A stretch of DNA of 64,000 bases from an uncultured Candidatus Rokubacteria bacterium. GTDB taxonomy: Bacteria; Methylomirabilota; Methylomirabilia; Rokubacteriales; CSP1-6. The notes under the pieces were generated by a model, which did no database searches, was not told the DNA's origin, and saw only the letters and a list, made by a program, of their open reading frames with translations. The stretch spans positions 1 to 64,000 of the forward strand of contig CAVXJS010000015.1 in assembly GCA_963762145.1 (NCBI GenBank), written 5' to 3'. A program made the translations under genes and the position numbers. Positions 59,516 to 64,000 of the stretch are shown piece by piece (positions within the stretch are counted from its first letter, which is position 1; every line of letters starts with the position of its first letter).

Positions 59516-60520
59516 TCACCGCGCCATCCGCGGAAGGCCCTCGCGGATGCGCGCGGAGAACTGCGGGTCGGCGTCGGCCGCCTTGGCCCGGTCGTTGACG
59601 CGGCTCTTCTCCCGGAAGGCCGGGAATGCCAGCGAGCGATCGAAAGCACCGATGTCGTAGCCCAGTTCGTCGAGGTGGCCGTTCAGGAAGAGCTTCCAGC
59701 TCCACCAGGACCGCTGGGCGTCCGAGGCGGCGAGACGCTGGATCGCGGTGGTGCAGTTGTCGGTCAAGGCGTTGTACCACTCCGCCCGATCCCGCAGGTC
59801 GTTGACCGCCTGGAGGTACCGGAGCAGCAGGAGCCGGGCGTTGGCCGGCGTCACATCGAGCCGGTAGACGTAGACGTCCTCGCCGCGGTAGTTGGTGCGG
59901 AGGCGCACCACGTCGCGCTCGTCGGCGACCACGTAGGACAGCTCGTACTGGCGGAAGAAGCCCCGCAGGGCCGAATACGACTCGCCCTTCTCCTTGCGCG
60001 TCTCGATGGAGACGGCCAGGTACTGGTCGCCCTCGAACCCCCAGCTCATGATGGTGTGGGCGATGTGGGGCGATCCCCAGTAGACCAGGAAGAGGTCCAG
60101 CGAGCGGAGCTTCAAGAGGTCCAGCTCGCGGTCCTCGAGGCGTACGGTGTAGTCGGTCTCGCTGCGATACTCCGCATTGCGGACGTTGTGCACGATGACG
60201 CGATCCCCGCGGATCTCCGCGTAGGGCAGCGTTGCCACGTCGGGCTGCCACTCACGGGTGTTCGACGGTGGGATCGCGAACCACGCGATGAGGACCACGA
60301 CGAAGGCGGCCCCGATCCCGGCGAGCACCCACCGGCGCGGGCGCACCAGCACGAGGGCCACCAGGGCCGCCACCGGCACGAGCAACGCGAGCCCGCCGCG
60401 GAGCCAGGTCGGCCCTGGGGCCAGGTCGAAGTACAGGGCGAGCGCTATCCAGCCGAGCAGGCACGCACACATCAGCCCCAGCAGGATTCGCCCGACCCAC
60501 ACCAGGGCGCGCAGGCGCAC
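59516..60520 (-). CDS. DUF4105 (Lnb N-terminal-like) membrane protein
   Basis: PSN.R.WQPD, NVRN..YR, AHTIMSWGF, SIETRKE, YNALTDNCTT. Confidence 0.85.
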   Translation of the reverse strand: MRLRALVWVGRILLGLMCACLLGWIALALYFDLAPGPTWLRGGLALLVPVAALVALVLVRPRRWVLAGIGAAFVVVLIAWFAIPPSNTREWQPDVATLPYAEIRGDRVIVHNVRNAEYRSETDYTVRLEDRELDLLKLRSLDLFLVYWGSPHIAHTIMSWGFEGDQYLAVSIETRKEKGESYSALRGFFRQYELSYVVADERDVVRLRTNYRGEDVYVYRLDVTPANARLLLLRYLQAVNDLRDRAEWYNALTDNCTTAIQRLAASDAQRSWWSWKLFLNGHLDELGYDIGAFDRSLAFPAFREKSRVNDRAKAADADPQFSARIREGLPRMAR

Positions 60521-60531
60521 GGCTCCGTCCC

Positions 60532-61922
60532 TCAGAACCGGATGTACATGCGCGCCCCGCCCACCACGACGGTGTCCACGTTCTTGAGCCCCCCGCTCGA
60601 GCCCAGCGTCTTCTTGAGCCCGGGATCGATCACCTGCAGGTCGAGGCTCATGTTGAGCCACCGCGTGAGCGAGGCGTTGTAGAACATCTCGACCGCGTCC
60701 TCGTGGTCGAAGCCGAGGTCGAGCTGCTGGCGCAGGAACGGCACGAAATTGTCGCTGAACTGGGTGCGCGCCCACCCGACCCCGAAGGTGTCGTGCGGAC
60801 GCCCCGGGACAACCCCCTTGCCGCCGATCCCGGCCATGTAGCTGTACTTGATCGGGTTCGCGTCGCCGTCCGAGGCGCCGAAATTGAAGAACATCCCGAT
60901 CCCGCGCTTCTGATCCCCTCCCGGGTGCCAGAAGTACTGGTCGAATCCGTAGAACACGGTCCAGGTGCTGTCCTCGCGGTTGGCGGGTCGGGCCGGGGTG
61001 AGCAGCTGCGGGAAGAACCGCTCGAGGATCCGCCGGAGGATCGGGCCTGGATCTCCGAGCCGAGGGAACCTCTCCTCGGCCAGATGCCGCGCGATATTGG
61101 ACGGATCCTGGATGAGCGAGAGGCGGCTCTTGTTGCTCCAGAAGCCTCCCACCGTCTGATGGCCGACGAGCCCGAACGGCTTGATGGTCACCTGGCCGCT
61201 GGCGACAACGGCCGCGCCGTCGTCGAACGCCTCGGAGATGTCGTTGTTCGTCGGCGTGCCGCTCGGATCGAGCGCCATCGCCGAAAGCACGACACCTTCC
61301 CACGGCAGGGCGACGACACCCCCGCCGTACGCCGAGATCGGCACCAGGATGAGGGCCGTGGGAAAGGCGAACGCGGTGTTCATGAACTGGTTGCGGATGT
61401 CGCCGGCAAACTCGCCCTTGAAGCCATCGAGCGTGAAGACCTTGCCCGCGAACACGCCGAACTTGGTGCTGAGAAACTGGTGAACGTCGCGTGCAGGAGC
61501 GCGGAGCTGGGCTGGCTATCCTTGGGGAACAGCAGGAAGGTGTTCACGGGCACGATGGCGCCGGTGTTTCCATCCACGCTGTCCCCGAAGCTGCTGTCGC
61601 CGTAGAACTTGAAGAACCCGCCCGGCCAGAGGCCCAGCTTGCCGGTGTCGATATTGAGCGTGTAGTCGGCGTTACCCCAGAACTCCCAGCCGGTGTCCCG
61701 GCCGCCGGTCAGCACACCCTGCGGGGTCAGGAGCAGGTCCGCGTCGAGCACCACGCCCTTCTTGCCGAGCTCGTCGCGCAGTCCCCACCAGCTACCGGTC
61801 AGCCGGGGGCGGTCCCAGAAGTCCCCGCCCCAGGTGGGCGGCACATCGACCGGCTGCGCGCTCGCCGCGCCCGGCGCGGCCAGCACGGCCAGGCCGAGCA
61901 AGACCTTCCAGGCGCTCTTCAT
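60532..61922 (-). CDS. Carbohydrate-selective porin, OprB family (frameshift ~61480)
   Basis: LTG.W.GLRDEL..KG, EMFYN...T.WL..S.DLQVI.P, terminal Phe. Confidence 0.85.
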
Positions 61923-61936
61923 CCCGCGATCTCGCG

Positions 61937-62812
61937 CTACTCGGGCAGTCCGTTGAGCAGGTACATGGCCGCGATGAGGGGGCCCGCGGTGGTCATGGAT
62001 CCGAACCACTTCTCGAAGATCGGCACCACCTCGCCCGAGCGGTACGTCTGGGCCAGCGCGCGATTCACCGAGAGCCGGAACGCCGAGTCGCCCCGCCGGA
62101 GCATCAGACCGTACGGCTCGTAGGAGAAGTAGTCGTCGACGAGCGAGAGCTTGGCGGGGTCCTTGGATGTCCGGCCGATCCCGATCAGGATGACCCGGTC
62201 GGAGGCATAGGCGTCGGCGGTGCCGGCATCCAGCGCCGCCACCCCGGCGGCGTGGTCCTTCACCGTGACCATGGTCGCGCTCACGGTGTGCTTCTTGAGC
62301 GCGGCGGCCAGGCTCTTCTCCGTCGTGGTGCCCGGGATGATCGCGATGCGCTTGCCCCCGAGCGTGGACACGCCGCGAATCATCGAGGAGTCCGTGACGA
62401 GCAGGCTCCCGCCGTCGGCAAAGGTCAGGTTGCTGAAGTCCACTTGCTCCTGTCGGGACAGGGCGGCCGTCGTGGACCCGCACTCGAGATCGATCGTGCC
62501 GTTGGCGACCGCCTGCATCCGGTTCTCCACCGTGACCTTGACCCACTTGACCTGGAGGCCCGGCAGGGCGAGCTCCTTGCCCACGCTGGCCGCGACGCGC
62601 GTGCAGAGATCCACCGAGTACCCGGCCGGCTTGCCGTCGTCGCCCACGAAGGAGAACGGGCGCGAAGATTCCCGATAGCCGAGCGAGATGGTGTTGCCCT
62701 GCTTGATCTTCTTCAGCGTCCCGTCCGGCTGGGCCAGCGCGGGACCGGCCAGCATGGCGATCGTCAGGAGCAGCGTCAGCGAGCGAAGCGATCGGATCAT
62801 CGTGTCCCTCAT
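61937..62812 (-). CDS. Amino-acid ABC transporter substrate-binding protein, GltI-like
   Basis: LGYRESS.PFSF, GYSVDLC, DLECGSTT...R...VDFS, EPYGLMLR.GD. Confidence 0.88.
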   Translation of the reverse strand: MRDTMIRSLRSLTLLLTIAMLAGPALAQPDGTLKKIKQGNTISLGYRESSRPFSFVGDDGKPAGYSVDLCTRVAASVGKELALPGLQVKWVKVTVENRMQAVANGTIDLECGSTTAALSRQEQVDFSNLTFADGGSLLVTDSSMIRGVSTLGGKRIAIIPGTTTEKSLAAALKKHTVSATMVTVKDHAAGVAALDAGTADAYASDRVILIGIGRTSKDPAKLSLVDDYFSYEPYGLMLRRGDSAFRLSVNRALAQTYRSGEVVPIFEKWFGSMTTAGPLIAAMYLLNGLPE

Positions 62813-63732
62813 GTTTTCTTCCAGCTCCCGTCGGGGTTGAAGAGCTTGATGCCGCGCGCGATGGCCGCGGTGTTCGGACCCAGGTCCTTCTGGTAGACGA
62901 CGCCGTCGTGGTTGACGATGAAGGTCATCACTCCGGAGATACCATACTGGGCCGGGAAGGCCACCAAGGCGAATCCGCCGATCATGCGCCCGTGGGCCAC
63001 GTAGTCGTAGGCCCCGCCCGGGGCGTCGGGGCCCTGAGCGGTGAGGATGCGGTAGAAGTAGCCCTGGTAGGGAACCGGCGCGATTCGGCCCTGCCTTCCA
63101 TAGCCCTCGCTCCGAGCCTGTACCACCAGTGGCCCGAGCGGGCTCGGCGCCTCCCCGGCCTTCGTCTCCCAGAACAGGCCGTCCCGCTTACCGGGCGAGC
63201 TCCCGAAGTGCTGGGCGTACTCGCGCAGGCCGTCGGCATTTCGATCATCCGAGTAGTACTCGCGCTGCGCGTCGGCGTAAGCCAGGGACACCTGGATCGC
63301 GTGGAGCTCGTTTCGTCCGATGCGGCGGTTGACGATCTCCTCCTTCCCCGCCTTCGTGTCGAAGCGCCAGACCGGGCCCTCCGGCACCAGGGGAATCGGG
63401 AACGGGAAATCGTCCGGGCCCACGAAGAGGACCACCTTCCCGCCGCCGCCCTCGAGGCGATGGGCCTTGTCATACTCGGCGGCGAACCGTTGCCCGGTGT
63501 TGCGGTCGGCGACCGGGTCGCCCGAGTCGACCAGCGGCAGCCCCTCCGGCCCCAGGATCGCGAGCAGCGTCTTCTTATCGCCGGCCTTGATCGCATCGAC
63601 CAGCGCCGTCGTCGCCTGCTCCAGCGAGGCGAACCGGCGCTGCTGACCATCGGCCGCGAAGAGTCGCGGCTCCGGCGCGGACATCAGGATCAGGGCGAGC
63701 AGCAGCGCAACGAGCCGTCCTAGCGCTCTCAT
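62809..63732 (-). CDS. DUF2950 family protein
   Basis: FPFPIPLV, RRIGRNEL, DAQREY, DGLFW, PY.GY.YRIL..QG, YG.SGVMTFIVNHDG.VYQKDLG. Confidence 0.9.
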   Translation of the reverse strand: MRALGRLVALLLALILMSAPEPRLFAADGQQRRFASLEQATTALVDAIKAGDKKTLLAILGPEGLPLVDSGDPVADRNTGQRFAAEYDKAHRLEGGGGKVVLFVGPDDFPFPIPLVPEGPVWRFDTKAGKEEIVNRRIGRNELHAIQVSLAYADAQREYYSDDRNADGLREYAQHFGSSPGKRDGLFWETKAGEAPSPLGPLVVQARSEGYGRQGRIAPVPYQGYFYRILTAQGPDAPGGAYDYVAHGRMIGGFALVAFPAQYGISGVMTFIVNHDGVVYQKDLGPNTAAIARGIKLFNPDGSWKKT

Positions 63733-64000
63733 CGGCGGCCGCCTCCACGACCACCGCCGCCACCGCGGGACCCCCCGCTCGAGGCGCCGCTCGGTCTGGT
63801 CTGAGCACGCGACCCACTCCCCGAGCTCATGCTCTGGCGACTCGATCCACCCCCCGCGCTCATGCTGCTCTGGCGACTCGATTGCCCTCGGTTGCTGGAG
63901 GCCTGCGCCTCGCGCCCCTCGCCCATGCCCTGGAAGGCGCTCCCGCCTCCGCTCTCCGCCCCGCGGGCGGGCTGCTGGCCCGCACCGGCCTGCCGCTGGC
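63729..64000 (-). CDS. C-terminal Gly/Ser/Arg-rich tail, probably DUF3300 family (partial)
   Basis: SAFQGMG.G...SS.RG.SSR...GGGRGGGRR* overlaps the DUF2950 start. DUF3300 usually precedes DUF2950. Confidence 0.65.
   Translation of the reverse strand, partial: QRQAGAGQQPARGAESGGGSAFQGMGEGREAQASSNRGQSSRQSSMSAGGGSSRQSMSSGSGSRAQTRPSGASSGGSRGGGGGRGGGRR

Noticed and set aside
56014-59649. 1211-aa MscS with a long N-terminal extension
   Set aside because: The extension is antisense to pal and the lipoprotein. The likely start is 58518.

Overview
High-GC (~70%) bacterial DNA. The gene families and style suggest Ca. Rokubacteria/Methylomirabilota (inference). Many single-base frameshifts point to an unpolished long-read assembly. 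Left part (1-17 kb): gene remnants, a multi-PAS hybrid kinase feeding an MBL-hydrolase/REC protein, PfpI, an FHA protein, a sigma54-type promoter plus c-di-GMP-I riboswitch plus SD-sequestering hairpin ahead of a small HExxH lipoprotein, and a sigma54-type cluster (PAS, MBL hydrolase, FecR, lipoprotein, UpxY/NusG). Middle (17-27 kb): one aromatic-catabolism operon joining an HcrCAB-like molybdoenzyme (catalytic Glu replaced by Gln) to an XRE regulator, boxC, boxB, RidA and benzoate-CoA ligase, with no boxA in the window. Right part (29.7-64 kb): an envelope/stress island (two-component systems, HdeA-like protein, YdiK, PqiA, SYLF, octaheme-TPR, K+ channel, MscS, Pal, DUF4105, OprB, amino-acid SBP, DUF2950). 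A 16-bp palindrome (TAGGACCWWGGTCCTA-like) recurs 13 times in the window, usually at a fixed distance from a -10-like hexamer. The island also carries three clean deletion junctions. No rRNA, tRNA or CRISPR array was seen.
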